64,000 nucleotides of DNA from Chthoniobacterales bacterium (GTDB taxonomy: Bacteria > Verrucomicrobiota > Verrucomicrobiia > Chthoniobacterales > UBA6821). Where the stretch lies: contig DAISZK010000005.1 of assembly GCA_036824855.1 (NCBI GenBank), positions 2,775 through 66,774 of the forward strand, in the 5' to 3' direction. The position numbers were made by a program, and so were the translations under genes. Positions 43,673-53,544 of the stretch are shown piece by piece. Position 1 is the first letter of the stretch. Every line of letters begins with the position of its first letter. A model generated the notes under the pieces. It was given only the letters and a program-made list of their open reading frames with translations. It searched no databases and had not been told where the DNA came from.

Positions 43673-44923
43673 CTACTGGATGCAGTTAAGAACTTCATCG
43701 GCGACAAGAAGTCCGTTGGCAAGCGCCGAGTCAATACTGGCATGAGCAACCTGATCACCGGCAAGCCAGAGATTGGAAGAGTGTCGACGCTCTGGCTGCA
43801 ATCTCTGAAATCCCGGTCCTTGGAAAGGAAGCGCTCTCGGGATTCTTACCTCGCGCAGAAACTTCCATTGCGCAAAATCAGGCAGGTATCCGGCGATCTC
43901 ATCTTGAACCAGGCGGGAGAGATCGCCTGCGGGTGGTTTGAGAACGGTCGCTGAAAGAAGTCTTTTCCCAACGGGTGCATATTCGGGTGCCGTATTCGTC
44001 AGATCCGTAAAGTGCCTGACGAGAGTCTCCCTACCCTCGGGCAAGACCAGAAGCCCCCCTTCATAGAGAGGATGATCCCCTGAGAAATAAAAGGTGGAGA
44101 CCTCGCTCCAGGTGCGTTGTTCCTCCATGCCAAGCAATCGGCAGGATGTTGACTCATCTGTGGCCAGAATCAACTGATCAGCCTCAATCTTCTCACCACT
44201 AGAAAGTTCCACCCCGGTAATGCGACCGGATGGACCATCTTTGCGCAAGATCTGCTGAACACGAGAGCCATAGCGTTGACGGGAACACGGAAGGAGGGCC
44301 GCGAGCTGCCGAGGAATCTCCCCCATGCCGTTCGCTGGCAGCAGAGCTCTTCCCAGTGCAAACTTCTTCAGGTCGTAACGAAAGACTGACGCATCAGTCC
44401 CCAACTCGTTATCCAGAAAGACACCGGCAAAGAAGGGTCTGAGAAACTTTTCAAGCACATCGCCAGCAATGCTGAATCGATGAATTTCCTGCAATGCAGA
44501 GATTCCTGCCTCGTTGCCTAGCAGTGAGGCATCGGAGCGAAGGCACTGGAGTAAGGTGAGAAGCCCAAGCGAGATCTTTTCCCGGAGGGAAAACGATCGA
44601 ATCAGGGGAGAGGCAAGAAGCCATGAGGGGTGATGCAACGGGTTCAGAATCTTCTCCCATCCATCCTCTCCCACCATCATGGCACCGCTCTGAAAGTAGC
44701 GTGGCTGCAAGGCCTCCAGATTAAGCAGACGTCGGGCCGTCGGGTAGGAATCGAGCAAAACCTGAAATCCCCTGTCGAGACGATATCCCTCCGGAGTAAT
44801 CTCCGTGACAACTCGGCCTCCGGGTTGATCAGCAGCATCAAGAAGCAACCAATCAACGCCAGCCTCCTGCAAGCGCATTGCGGAGGCTAATCCGGCAAGC
44901 CCGGCACCTACGACGAGGATCAT
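43673..44923 (-). CDS. NAD(P)/FAD-dependent oxidoreductase, amine-oxidase/phytoene-desaturase fold
   Basis: The N-terminal dinucleotide motif is MILVVGAGLAGLASAMRL...LLDAADQPGGRV. The motifs DRGFQVLL and, at the C-terminus, WLAGD are present. Confidence 0.8.
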   Translation of the reverse strand: MILVVGAGLAGLASAMRLQEAGVDWLLLDAADQPGGRVVTEITPEGYRLDRGFQVLLDSYPTARRLLNLEALQPRYFQSGAMMVGEDGWEKILNPLHHPSWLLASPLIRSFSLREKISLGLLTLLQCLRSDASLLGNEAGISALQEIHRFSIAGDVLEKFLRPFFAGVFLDNELGTDASVFRYDLKKFALGRALLPANGMGEIPRQLAALLPCSRQRYGSRVQQILRKDGPSGRITGVELSSGEKIEADQLILATDESTSCRLLGMEEQRTWSEVSTFYFSGDHPLYEGGLLVLPEGRETLVRHFTDLTNTAPEYAPVGKRLLSATVLKPPAGDLSRLVQDEIAGYLPDFAQWKFLREVRIPRALPFQGPGFQRLQPERRHSSNLWLAGDQVAHASIDSALANGLLVADEVLNCIQ

Positions 44924-44952
44924 CCTGAAAAACGGGCGTGTTGCGAGGTCAA

Positions 44953-47418
44953 CTACACACTCACCGGATCAAGATCCCAGATTTCACGCGCATATTCCGC
45001 AATGGTGCGATCACTGGAGAACTTGCCCATGCGGGCAGTATTGAGAATCGCCATTTCGGCCCAACGCGCCTTGTCCCTGAATGCCTCCCCCACCCGATCC
45101 TGGGCATTGCTGTAGGAGCGGAAGTCAGGCAGGCAGAGGAAGGGATCGTGATAAACAAGGTTGTCACGCAGGATATTGAACACACCGGGATGCTCATCGG
45201 CGGTGAAGTAGTTCGATCCGACCCAATCCACCACAGCACGCAACTCGTCGTGGTTCCGAAGAAACTCCTGAGGATTGTACCCCTTCGCCCAGAGTTCGTT
45301 CACCTCCTCGACCGTCATGCCAAAGATGAAGATGTTCTCGTCGCCGACCTCCTCACGGATCTCCACGTTGGCGCCGTCGAGTGTTCCGATGGTCAGCGCT
45401 CCGTTCAGGGAGAGCTTCATGTTTCCGGTACCGGAGGCTTCTTTTCCGGCAGTCGAGATCTGCTCGGAGAGATCGGCCGCAGGAACAATCTTCTGGGCAA
45501 GAGAGACTCGATAGTTCGGCAGGAAGACTACCTTGAGCTTCCCGTTGATCCTCTTATCGGAATTAATCTTTGCTCCCACAGCATTGATCGCCTTGATGAT
45601 GTTCTTGGCGAGATCGTAGCCGGGAGCAGCCTTCGCTCCGAAAATAAATACCCGCGGGGTGATGTCGAGCGAGGGATCCTGAAGCAATCTGCGATAGAGG
45701 GCGAGGATGTGCAGGAGATTCAAATGCTGCCGCTTGTACTCATGAAGACGCTTGATCTGCACGTCGAAGAGCGCCGTAGGATCCACATCAACTCCGCACT
45801 CCTGCTTGATGATGCGAGCCAGGTCGACCTTGTTGGCATGCTTGACCTCCATGAACTGACGCTGAAACTCAGGATCCTTGGCATAGGCTTCGAGACCACG
45901 GAGTTCGTCGAGGTTCCGTTCCCAGCCATTGCCAATCTTTGAAGTGATCAGGGTGCTGAGGCGCGGATTGCAGGAAAGCAGCCAACGTCGCGGGGTGATG
46001 CCATTGGTCTTGTTGTTGAACTTGTCGGGATAGAGGGCATCGAACTCGGGAAAGAGGTCACTCTTCAACAGCTGGGTATGAAGCGCCGCAACGCCGTTAA
46101 CCGAGTGACTTCCTACGACAGCAAGATTCGCCATCCGGACCATCTGGGGAGACCCTTCCTCGATCAGCGAGAGCTTGCGAACCATTTCGAGATCGCCAGG
46201 CCACATCGTCTCGACTTCCGTTAGAAAGCGCTTGTTGATCTCAAAAATAATCTGCAGGTGACGCGGCAGAACCTTTTGGAAGAGACCGACACTCCATTTC
46301 TCAAGAGCCTCGGGAAGAAGGGTATGATTGGTGTAAGCCAAGGTGCGAGTGACAATCGACCAGGCCTCCATCCAGGGAAGGCCGTAGACGTCGTGGAGAA
46401 GACGCTGAAGCTCTACCACGGCAATGGCCGGGTGGGTGTCGTTAAGCTGAATCGCAACCTTATCGGGGAACGTATTCCAATCCGTGTTGCTCCTTCGGAA
46501 TCGACGGATGATGTCCTTCAGAGAGCAGGCGACGAAGAAGTATTGCTGGATCAATCGCAACTCCTTGCCGCTCTCGGTCTTGTCGTTCGGATAAAGAACC
46601 TTGGAAACGGTCTCGCTAGCGTTCTTGTCACGCACCGACTCGTCGTAGCCACCACTGTTGAAGGCCTCGAAATTGAAATCCTCCGCAGCTTTTGACGACC
46701 AGAGCCTGAGGAAGTTCACGGTCGTCGTTCCGTAACCGGCAATCGGGATATCGTAGGGGATACCGATCAACTTCTTTGTAGCAGTCCACTTCGAAACATA
46801 ATTTCCGATATCGTCGAAGACATTCTCAACATGTCCGTAAAGCTCAATCTCCGTGGTGTGCTCGGGACGGACAATCTCCCAAGGAGTTCCGTATTTCATC
46901 CAGTCGTCAGGAAGCTCGATTTGATAACCGTTCCGGAATTCCTGCTTGAAGAGCCCGTACTGGTAATGGATGCCGTAACCGATCGCCGGCAAGTCGAGGG
47001 TTGCCAACGAATCCAGGAAACAGGCGGCCAAACGTCCAAGACCGCCATTGCCAAGTCCCATGTCATACTCCTCCTCGCGCAACTCATCGATATCGAGACC
47101 GAGTTCACTGATGGCGACCTTCATATTCTTGAAGACGCCTGCACTGTGAAAGTTGTTGATGTAGAGACGCCCCATCAGGAACTCAAGGGAGAGGTAGTAG
47201 AGACGTTTCACATTCCCGCTTCGATGTTTCGTCTGGGTTGCCATCAGGCGTTCGATAACCAGGCACTGGACGGCCTTGGAGGTGGCCAGCCACCAATCGC
47301 GCTTCGAAGCGGTATTAGGATCCCTCGCGAGGCTGTATCGGAGTTGATTCTCGATCAGGCTTTTGAGTCCGGTTACGGAGGTGTCGAGACTGGAATGAAA
47401 GGTGGATGGTGTCGTCAT
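44953..47418 (-). CDS. glgP: Glycogen/maltodextrin phosphorylase
   Basis: The protein is 821 aa. It has the PLP-lysine motif [28 protein letters not shown] and the N-terminal [10 protein letters not shown]. Confidence 0.95.
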   Translation of the reverse strand: MTTPSTFHSSLDTSVTGLKSLIENQLRYSLARDPNTASKRDWWLATSKAVQCLVIERLMATQTKHRSGNVKRLYYLSLEFLMGRLYINNFHSAGVFKNMKVAISELGLDIDELREEEYDMGLGNGGLGRLAACFLDSLATLDLPAIGYGIHYQYGLFKQEFRNGYQIELPDDWMKYGTPWEIVRPEHTTEIELYGHVENVFDDIGNYVSKWTATKKLIGIPYDIPIAGYGTTTVNFLRLWSSKAAEDFNFEAFNSGGYDESVRDKNASETVSKVLYPNDKTESGKELRLIQQYFFVACSLKDIIRRFRRSNTDWNTFPDKVAIQLNDTHPAIAVVELQRLLHDVYGLPWMEAWSIVTRTLAYTNHTLLPEALEKWSVGLFQKVLPRHLQIIFEINKRFLTEVETMWPGDLEMVRKLSLIEEGSPQMVRMANLAVVGSHSVNGVAALHTQLLKSDLFPEFDALYPDKFNNKTNGITPRRWLLSCNPRLSTLITSKIGNGWERNLDELRGLEAYAKDPEFQRQFMEVKHANKVDLARIIKQECGVDVDPTALFDVQIKRLHEYKRQHLNLLHILALYRRLLQDPSLDITPRVFIFGAKAAPGYDLAKNIIKAINAVGAKINSDKRINGKLKVVFLPNYRVSLAQKIVPAADLSEQISTAGKEASGTGNMKLSLNGALTIGTLDGANVEIREEVGDENIFIFGMTVEEVNELWAKGYNPQEFLRNHDELRAVVDWVGSNYFTADEHPGVFNILRDNLVYHDPFLCLPDFRSYSNAQDRVGEAFRDKARWAEMAILNTARMGKFSSDRTIAEYAREIWDLDPVSV

Positions 47419-47567
47419 GAGAGTGAAAATTGGTTCTGGGGGTGCGGCCTTGGCAGATTGTTGGTTTCTTCGGGATGGCCTGTTGTGGCAATCCCGAAAG
47501 ATCCTGTCTATCCACTAACAGCTCCTCTGACTTCCTTGCCAGCAAATGCCGTTCCAAGTCACGAAGC

Positions 47568-47597
47568 TTGGATTGTCAATCATCAGGATGCTATAAT
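47568..47597 (+). promoter_or_regulatory. Sigma-70-like promoter (TTGGAT-18 nt-TATAAT) giving a near-leaderless aldo/keto reductase mRNA
   Basis: A consensus TATAAT sits at 47592-47597, only 9 nt before the ATG at 47607. TTGGAT lies at 47568-47573. Confidence 0.4.
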
Positions 47598-47606
47598 GAT
47601 CCGACG

Positions 47607-48656
47607 ATGAAGTATCGCACATTCAATAAGGACTCGGATCTCAAAATAAGTGAAATCGGCTTTGGTCTCTGGACTGTCTCCACGGGATGGTGGGGAAACT
47701 TTACCGACGAGGAAGCGGTACTCCTCATGCGGCAGGCCGCCGATCTCGGCATCACGCTCTTCGACGCTGCCGACACCTATGGCAACGGAAGGAGCGAGGA
47801 GCTCATTGCCAAGGCCTTCCCACCAACCGAGCGCTCTCGGATCGTGATCGCCACCAAGGTCGGCTACGATTTTGTGAACCATGGCGATGGGAGGCGTGGT
47901 CAGAAAGAAATTCCCCAGGATTTTAGTCCAGCAGCCATCAGGAGCGCCGTGGAGTCTGCGCTCAAAAGACTCGACACCGATCACATCGATATCCTCCAAC
48001 TCCACAATATCCGTGAGGCTCAGGTAAACGATGATGCCTTGTGGGAGGTCATGGAGGATCTCCGGAGTGAAGGAAAGTTCCGTCACGGCGGAATTGCCCT
48101 CGGTCCCGCCATTGGATGGATCGGAGAGGGAGCTGCGGCCATTGCCCGCCGCAAACCTGATGTGGTGCAGCACATCTATAACCTTCTGGAACAACATCCG
48201 GGATCGGACCTCCACAAGGTTGCTGAGGCGACCCATGCCCCAACCAAGTTCCTGATTCGAGTTCCCCACTCCTCTGGGATGCTTGAGGGCAAATACACAG
48301 CCGATACCGTCTTCCCTCCGAATGATCACCGCAACCACCGCCCCAAGAGCTGGCTCATCAATGGCGTTAAAAAAATCGAGCAACTCCGATTCCTGGAGCG
48401 TTCTGACCGAACGATGGGACAAGCCGCCATGCAATGGTTGCTGAATGATCCTCGAACCCTCTCCGTGCTTCCGAATATCTACAACGCCGAACAGATTGCA
48501 GAATTTGCGGCCACTTCGGATACACCTTCCCTCACTGATGACGAGTTGAGTCGCATCAGCCAGCTTGTGGCCTCTCATTTCGGACTGGAACCCGAAGAGC
48601 ATAAATTCAAGGGTGAGATGAAACTACCCGCAGAGCTCGCCTCCTTGATTTCCTAA
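47607..48656 (+). CDS. Aldo/keto reductase family oxidoreductase
   Basis: The internal ATG at 47607 gives MKYRTFNKDSDLKISEIGFGLW. Motifs FDAADTYGNGRSEE and IDILQLHN are present. The 59-codon upstream extension in the track ORF has no family-like sequence. Confidence 0.85.
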   Translation: MKYRTFNKDSDLKISEIGFGLWTVSTGWWGNFTDEEAVLLMRQAADLGITLFDAADTYGNGRSEELIAKAFPPTERSRIVIATKVGYDFVNHGDGRRGQKEIPQDFSPAAIRSAVESALKRLDTDHIDILQLHNIREAQVNDDALWEVMEDLRSEGKFRHGGIALGPAIGWIGEGAAAIARRKPDVVQHIYNLLEQHPGSDLHKVAEATHAPTKFLIRVPHSSGMLEGKYTADTVFPPNDHRNHRPKSWLINGVKKIEQLRFLERSDRTMGQAAMQWLLNDPRTLSVLPNIYNAEQIAEFAATSDTPSLTDDELSRISQLVASHFGLEPEEHKFKGEMKLPAELASLIS

Positions 48657-48689
48657 AGAGCCTCCTTCTAACTCTTTACTCCACGACAG

Positions 48690-49406
48690 ATGACCAACTC
48701 CCCGACCACTGATCAGGGAGAGTCTCAGCCGTTAGGAGGTAATGCTCCCCGCGGCGTTCAAAATACCACTACGAGGGTGCTTCTTTTTGATTTTGACGGC
48801 ACGATTGCCGACACCAGAAAGATTGCCCATGGCATCCTCAATGATATGTCCGAGGAGTTTGGATTTAAGGAGCTGCCGGAAGAGCATCTTGAGAATGCCA
48901 GGGACATGGGGACCAAGGAATTCATCCGTCATCTGGGCATCAGTACCTGGCGGGTTCCCTCGATCGCCCGTAGAGGCCTGGAACTCCTTCATCAAAGAAT
49001 GGATCAAGTGAATCCGATCGAGGGTATGCCGGAAGTTCTCGCAACACTGCATGGGAGAGGGCATCGAATAGGCATCCTTACATCCAATTCGGAGGCAAAC
49101 GTGGACGCTTTCTTAAAACGCCACGATCTCCCCTACTTTTATTTCGTGCGAACCTCCTCCAAGCTCTTCGGTAAGGCACGGGAGATGAAGAAGCTCATCC
49201 GGACGGAAGGGATCGCTCCCGCTGAAATTCTTTATGTCGGCGACGAAACACGGGATATCGAAGCGGCCAAAGAGAGCGGTCTTCGCATGGCTGCGGTGAC
49301 CTGGGGGTACAACTCTGCTGCTGCGCTTGCAGCACTGAATCCCGAACACCTTCTAAGTTCGCCGAGCGAACTGCTTGTGATGCCTTCTCCCTTCGCTAAA
49401 CCGTGA
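48690..49406 (+). CDS. HAD-IA hydrolase, phosphoglycolate-phosphatase-like
   Basis: HAD motifs are present: I (LLFDFDGTIADT), II (ILTSNS) and III/IV (K...YVGDETRDIEAA). Confidence 0.8.
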   Translation: MTNSPTTDQGESQPLGGNAPRGVQNTTTRVLLFDFDGTIADTRKIAHGILNDMSEEFGFKELPEEHLENARDMGTKEFIRHLGISTWRVPSIARRGLELLHQRMDQVNPIEGMPEVLATLHGRGHRIGILTSNSEANVDAFLKRHDLPYFYFVRTSSKLFGKAREMKKLIRTEGIAPAEILYVGDETRDIEAAKESGLRMAAVTWGYNSAAALAALNPEHLLSSPSELLVMPSPFAKP

Positions 49407-50212
49407 AAAGCCCCTCTCCTACACGAGTCCGCCTTGACCAGCATTTGATGGAGGCGGGTCATTTCGATTCAAGGGAGAAAGCTCAACGTGCCATCCTGGC
49501 AGGACAGGTCACCGTGGGAGGACAGATCGCTGACAAACCGGGAACGAAAGTGAGTACCGAGAGCGAGATCCTCATCACAGGACGCGACCGCTATGTGGGC
49601 CGCGGAGGACACAAACTCGAGGGGGCGCTCACGGGTTTCGGAATCGATCCCACAGGCCTCTCCTGCCTCGACCTTGGATCATCCACAGGAGGTTTCACAG
49701 ACTGCCTTCTTCAGCACTGGGCGGCTCATGTCACAGCGGTCGATGTCGGCAGGGGGCAACTGGCATGGTCCCTCAGACAAGACCCGCGAGTCGAGGTCCG
49801 CGAAGGCATCAACGCGCGCTACCTCACGGCGGCGGATTTTGACCGATGCTTCGACCTGATCGTCGGTGATCTCAGCTTTATTTCATTGACGAAGATCCTA
49901 CCCGCCGCGTTTCAGTTGCTGAACCCAGAGGGTCTCATGATCGTCCTTATCAAGCCACAATTCGAGCTTGCCCGCGCCAATATTGGCAAGGGAGGCATCG
50001 TGCGCGATACAGCAGCGCGCCTGAGAGCGGTGGAATCGATTAGAAACTGGGTAATCTCTGCAGGTCATCGCTTCGATCAGTTCATCGAATCGCCGCTCCC
50101 CGGCACCTCGGGCAATATTGAGTTTCTGGCCCTTCTCCGACGTGGGGATTCCACTGCTCCTCTTCCCGATGTGGGCACTGAACCGACTCCCAACCCCTCA
50201 TCAGCATCATGA
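49403..50212 (+). CDS. tlyA: TlyA-family 16S/23S rRNA (cytidine-2'-O)-methyltransferase
   Basis: An S4 domain (RLDQHLMEAGHFDSREKAQRAILAGQVTV) is followed by an FtsJ-type MTase (YVGRGGHKL, LDLGSSTGGFTD, DLSFISL). The GTG start overlaps the previous stop as GTGA. Confidence 0.88.
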   Translation: MKSPSPTRVRLDQHLMEAGHFDSREKAQRAILAGQVTVGGQIADKPGTKVSTESEILITGRDRYVGRGGHKLEGALTGFGIDPTGLSCLDLGSSTGGFTDCLLQHWAAHVTAVDVGRGQLAWSLRQDPRVEVREGINARYLTAADFDRCFDLIVGDLSFISLTKILPAAFQLLNPEGLMIVLIKPQFELARANIGKGGIVRDTAARLRAVESIRNWVISAGHRFDQFIESPLPGTSGNIEFLALLRRGDSTAPLPDVGTEPTPNPSSAS

Positions 50213-51063
50213 TCATTGGACTGATTGCCCATGCAGGAAAGGATGGCTCCGCAAGTCTGGTGGAGTCGGTCACGAACGAACTCGATCGCAGGGGTGCTGC
50301 TTATCTCCTGGAAAAAGCCACGGCCATCTTGATCGGAAAGCAATCCGATCTTGATGAAGCCCAGCTTTCCGAACAATGCGGACTTCTCCTGGTCATGGGA
50401 GGTGATGGAACCATCCTACGGGCCCTCCACCGCTCCGGCGGCCACATTCGCCCGATTTTTGGAATCAACATCGGCTCACTCGGCTTCCTGACCTGCCTCG
50501 GATCCAGCGAATACCTCAAGGCCATCGACTGCGTCCTATCCGGCAACTACAAGCTGAGTCCCAGAAGCCTGCTGGATGTCACCGTCGAGGGCCCCGGCGG
50601 CACCATTCCCCTGGAGCAAGCGTTGAACGATGTCACCATCAGTCGTGGAGAGCGTTCCCAGCTTGTCAAACTGCAAGCCTCCGTGGATGGCGCACCACTA
50701 ACCGAATACCATGCCGACGGGCTCATCGTGGCGACTCCAACCGGATCCACTGCTTACTCACTTGCGGCGGGCGGCCCCATCCTCATGCCGGAGAGCGGCG
50801 CCCTCGTCATCACACCCATCTGCCCGCACGTGCTGAGTAACCGCTCCCTGGTGATCTCTGATAAAAGCACTGTCGTGATTCGCTCCTCGGGAAATCAGGA
50901 AGTCTTTGTGACCATTGATGGTCGCCCCCCCAATGCGCTGAAACCCTCCGAACAGGTTGTCCTGAAACTCTCCCCACTCACGTTGCCACTAGCCATGATG
51001 CCGGACAGTACCTTTCCGGAAATCCTGAGACAAAAACTCAAATGGAGCGGGAGCAATATTTAG
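50209..51063 (+). CDS. nadK: NAD kinase
   Basis: Motifs GGDGTILRA, NxGxLGFLT, DGLIVATPTGSTAYSLAAGGPI are present. The start overlaps the tlyA stop as ATGA. Confidence 0.92.
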   Translation: MIIGLIAHAGKDGSASLVESVTNELDRRGAAYLLEKATAILIGKQSDLDEAQLSEQCGLLLVMGGDGTILRALHRSGGHIRPIFGINIGSLGFLTCLGSSEYLKAIDCVLSGNYKLSPRSLLDVTVEGPGGTIPLEQALNDVTISRGERSQLVKLQASVDGAPLTEYHADGLIVATPTGSTAYSLAAGGPILMPESGALVITPICPHVLSNRSLVISDKSTVVIRSSGNQEVFVTIDGRPPNALKPSEQVVLKLSPLTLPLAMMPDSTFPEILRQKLKWSGSNI

Positions 51064-51082
51064 CGCAGGATCATCTGAACTC

Positions 51083-51544
51083 ATGAGTACTCTTTGTGAC
51101 TCCTTGCTTCCCAAGGATGCAAAGCTTCGGCTCAAGGCCACCGATCATCACGACGCGCTGGAAGAAATTCTCTCTCCTCTCAGAAGTGATGTTCGTGTCC
51201 GGGATTGGGAGGAACTGCGTGAAACGCTCCTCGCCAACTCTCCCAAGGAGCCCTTCCGAGAGAATGCAGGAGCCATGTTTCTCCATCATTGCAGGAGTGA
51301 AAGCGTCAATGAGTTGGTGCTGGCGGCAGGAAGAAGTTCTGCCGGGATCGTCATGCCCGGACGTAAAGAGAGGATTCACCTCGTTATCGTCGCGGCCATT
51401 CCCGAGGCGTTAAATAGTGAATACCTCAGAATTCTGGGAGCCATTTCCCGGATCTGTAGCGATCCAGCAACCATGAAGGAGTTGCTCAACTGCGAGGATA
51501 GCGCCGAATTCTTGTCCATTCTGGAGAAAGGATGCAGAGCATGA
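51083..51544 (+). CDS. PTS EIIA-2 (PtsN/IIA-Ntr-like) domain protein
   Basis: The protein is 153 aa. The size and layout fit EIIA-Ntr, with a candidate phospho-His in GAMFLHHCRS and LVIVAAIPE downstream. Confidence 0.6.
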   Translation: MSTLCDSLLPKDAKLRLKATDHHDALEEILSPLRSDVRVRDWEELRETLLANSPKEPFRENAGAMFLHHCRSESVNELVLAAGRSSAGIVMPGRKERIHLVIVAAIPEALNSEYLRILGAISRICSDPATMKELLNCEDSAEFLSILEKGCRA

Positions 51545-52362
51545 CAACCCCGAACAACCTTCATAATAAAACCCTCTCTCCCTTATTAGAGGTACTTGAT
51601 CTCAAGGTTCATTTCCCGATTCGCTCGGGAATCCTTCAGCGTCAAACAAATGTCTTTAAGGCAGTCGATTGCGTAAGTTTTTCAGTGCCACAAGGGAAGA
51701 CTGTCGGTCTTCTTGGAGAGAGCGGGAGTGGAAAAACCACCATCGGCAGGGCATTGGTGAAGCTCATTGCCGCAACCTCAGGAGAAGCGCTTTGGAAGGG
51801 AAAGGATATCCTGCCGATGAGCGAACGAGAGTTCAGACCCTTGCGTCGAAGGATCCAGTATATTTTTCAGGATCCATTTGGATCTCTGAATCCTAGAATT
51901 AACATAGCTCGAATTATCGGCGAGGCATTGGAGATTCACTTCAAGAAGATGAATGCTGGAGAACGAGAGGATCGGGTTGCTGCCCTGCTCCGACGCGTAG
52001 GCCTGCAACCCGAGATGGGGAGACGATATCCGCATGAATTCAGTGGAGGCCAACGTCAGCGGATCGGCATCGCCCGCGCTCTGGCAGTCGAGCCGGAGTT
52101 CCTGATCTGCGACGAACCGGTGAGCGCGCTGGATGTCAGCGTCCAGGCTCAGATCGTGAATCTCCTTCAGGATATCCAGGAGGAACTGGGACTAGCCATG
52201 CTCTTCATCGCTCACGATCTCGCGGTGGTAGAACATATCAGCGACTCCGTTCTCGTCCTCCACAGGGGGAAGATCGTTGAATCGGGACCAGCACTCGAAG
52301 TGCTGGAAGACCCGCAAGATCCCTACACTCGCGAACTGCTGGCCGCAGTTCCCAGAATCTAA
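51532..52362 (+). CDS. ABC transporter ATP-binding protein, OppF/DppF type (no permease or binding protein adjacent)
   Basis: Walker A is GESGSGKTT. Motifs IFQDPFGSLNPR, FSGGQRQRIGIARAL, LICDEPVSALD and the C-terminal PYTRELL are present. An alternative ATG at 51541 would overlap the upstream TGA as ATGA. Confidence 0.88.
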   Translation: MQSMTTPNNLHNKTLSPLLEVLDLKVHFPIRSGILQRQTNVFKAVDCVSFSVPQGKTVGLLGESGSGKTTIGRALVKLIAATSGEALWKGKDILPMSEREFRPLRRRIQYIFQDPFGSLNPRINIARIIGEALEIHFKKMNAGEREDRVAALLRRVGLQPEMGRRYPHEFSGGQRQRIGIARALAVEPEFLICDEPVSALDVSVQAQIVNLLQDIQEELGLAMLFIAHDLAVVEHISDSVLVLHRGKIVESGPALEVLEDPQDPYTRELLAAVPRI

Positions 52363-52376
52363 ACTAGGAAGATCCC

Positions 52377-53483
52377 ATGAATACCCTGATGCTTGTGCGG
52401 AAGTTTCGAGCACTCAATAAACCGCTCCTGTTGGTGATGCTGGCGCTCTGTGTCTTTGGCATCTATGCGATCTACAGCGCGACATGGATGAGAGATACCC
52501 CCTTCTGGATCAGCCAGATCAAGTGGATGCTCATCTGCATCCCCGTCTTTTTCATTATCGCCTTCAATGATTACCAATGGGTCCGACTCGGGGCGATTCC
52601 CCTCTATGTCCTGAGTGTCATCCTGCTCATCCTTGTTTTTTTCATCGGCGTGAAGGTTTTCGGGGCCAGGAGTTGGTTGAACCTTGGGTTTGGAAACTTC
52701 CAGCCGTCACAGATGGCGATTTTTGGAGGGGTTCTTCTTTTTGGCCTCTTCCTGAGTGAAAGCGAGGGGATGCATCCTGCTCTCCGCATTCTTAGTTGCC
52801 TTATGATCACGGCAGTTCCCTGCGTGCTCATTCTGATCCAGCCCTATCTTGGCGGCACCCTTGTCTGGTTGCCTGTGCTCTTTGCCATGCTGTTTGTCGC
52901 AGGCGTCCAGGTTCGTTACCTCGTGACGCTTCTTCTCATGGGAGTAGCCTTGATTCCTCTTGTCGTGAACTTCGGACTCAAGCCGTATCAGAAAGATCGA
53001 ATCCTGATCTTTCTGGATCCCTCACTTGATCCCCAGGGCGCCGGCTGGACTATCAACCAGTCGCTCAATGCGATCGGGAGTGCAGGTTTCTGGGGTAAGG
53101 GATTCAAGGCTCATAATACACTGAACGAGCTTGGTTATCTCCCGAGCACCATCGTTCACACCGACTTCATCTACTCCGTCTTTGGTGAGCAGCATGGATT
53201 TCTTGGAGCCATCCTCCTCATCTCTGCTTTCGGACTTCTCCTGCTCTGCGGACTCTATGTGGCTTCTCAGGCACAGGATTTGTTAGGTCGCCTTCTCTCT
53301 GTGGGAATCGTGATGCTTCTCTTTACTCATATTTTCATGAATATCGGAATGACGGTCGCCGTGACCCCGATCACCGGACTGCCGCTGCCAATGGTCAGCT
53401 ACGGAGGCTCCTTTCTGCTCATCACAATGGCCTGCATGGGACTTCTCCAGAGCATCTGGATTCACCGCAAGCTGGTATATTGA
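52377..53483 (+). CDS. SEDS-family peptidoglycan polymerase (RodA/FtsW/SpoVE family)
   Basis: The protein has about ten TM helices. Motifs LNLGFGNFQPSQ, SDFIYSVFGEQ-like (TDFIYSVFGEQHG) and GLPLPMVSYGGS are present. Confidence 0.88.
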   Translation: MNTLMLVRKFRALNKPLLLVMLALCVFGIYAIYSATWMRDTPFWISQIKWMLICIPVFFIIAFNDYQWVRLGAIPLYVLSVILLILVFFIGVKVFGARSWLNLGFGNFQPSQMAIFGGVLLFGLFLSESEGMHPALRILSCLMITAVPCVLILIQPYLGGTLVWLPVLFAMLFVAGVQVRYLVTLLLMGVALIPLVVNFGLKPYQKDRILIFLDPSLDPQGAGWTINQSLNAIGSAGFWGKGFKAHNTLNELGYLPSTIVHTDFIYSVFGEQHGFLGAILLISAFGLLLLCGLYVASQAQDLLGRLLSVGIVMLLFTHIFMNIGMTVAVTPITGLPLPMVSYGGSFLLITMACMGLLQSIWIHRKLVY

Positions 53484-53544
53484 TTGGGAATAGGCAATAG
53501 GGGACCTACTGCCAAGTGATCCCTTACTTAGGAATGCTTCACCC

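Noticed and set aside
44938-47610. Long antisense ORFs opposite glgP (44938..45942, 334 aa; 46831..47610, 259 aa). Similar shadows lie opposite the aldo/keto reductase (47583..48602), pyrB (24522..25142), uvrD (31101..31775) and ubiB (36100..36729).
   Set aside because: In each case the sense strand carries family-diagnostic motifs (for example EASGTGNMK in GlgP), while the antisense translations have no recognisable features. These are typical shadow ORFs in moderately GC-rich coding DNA.
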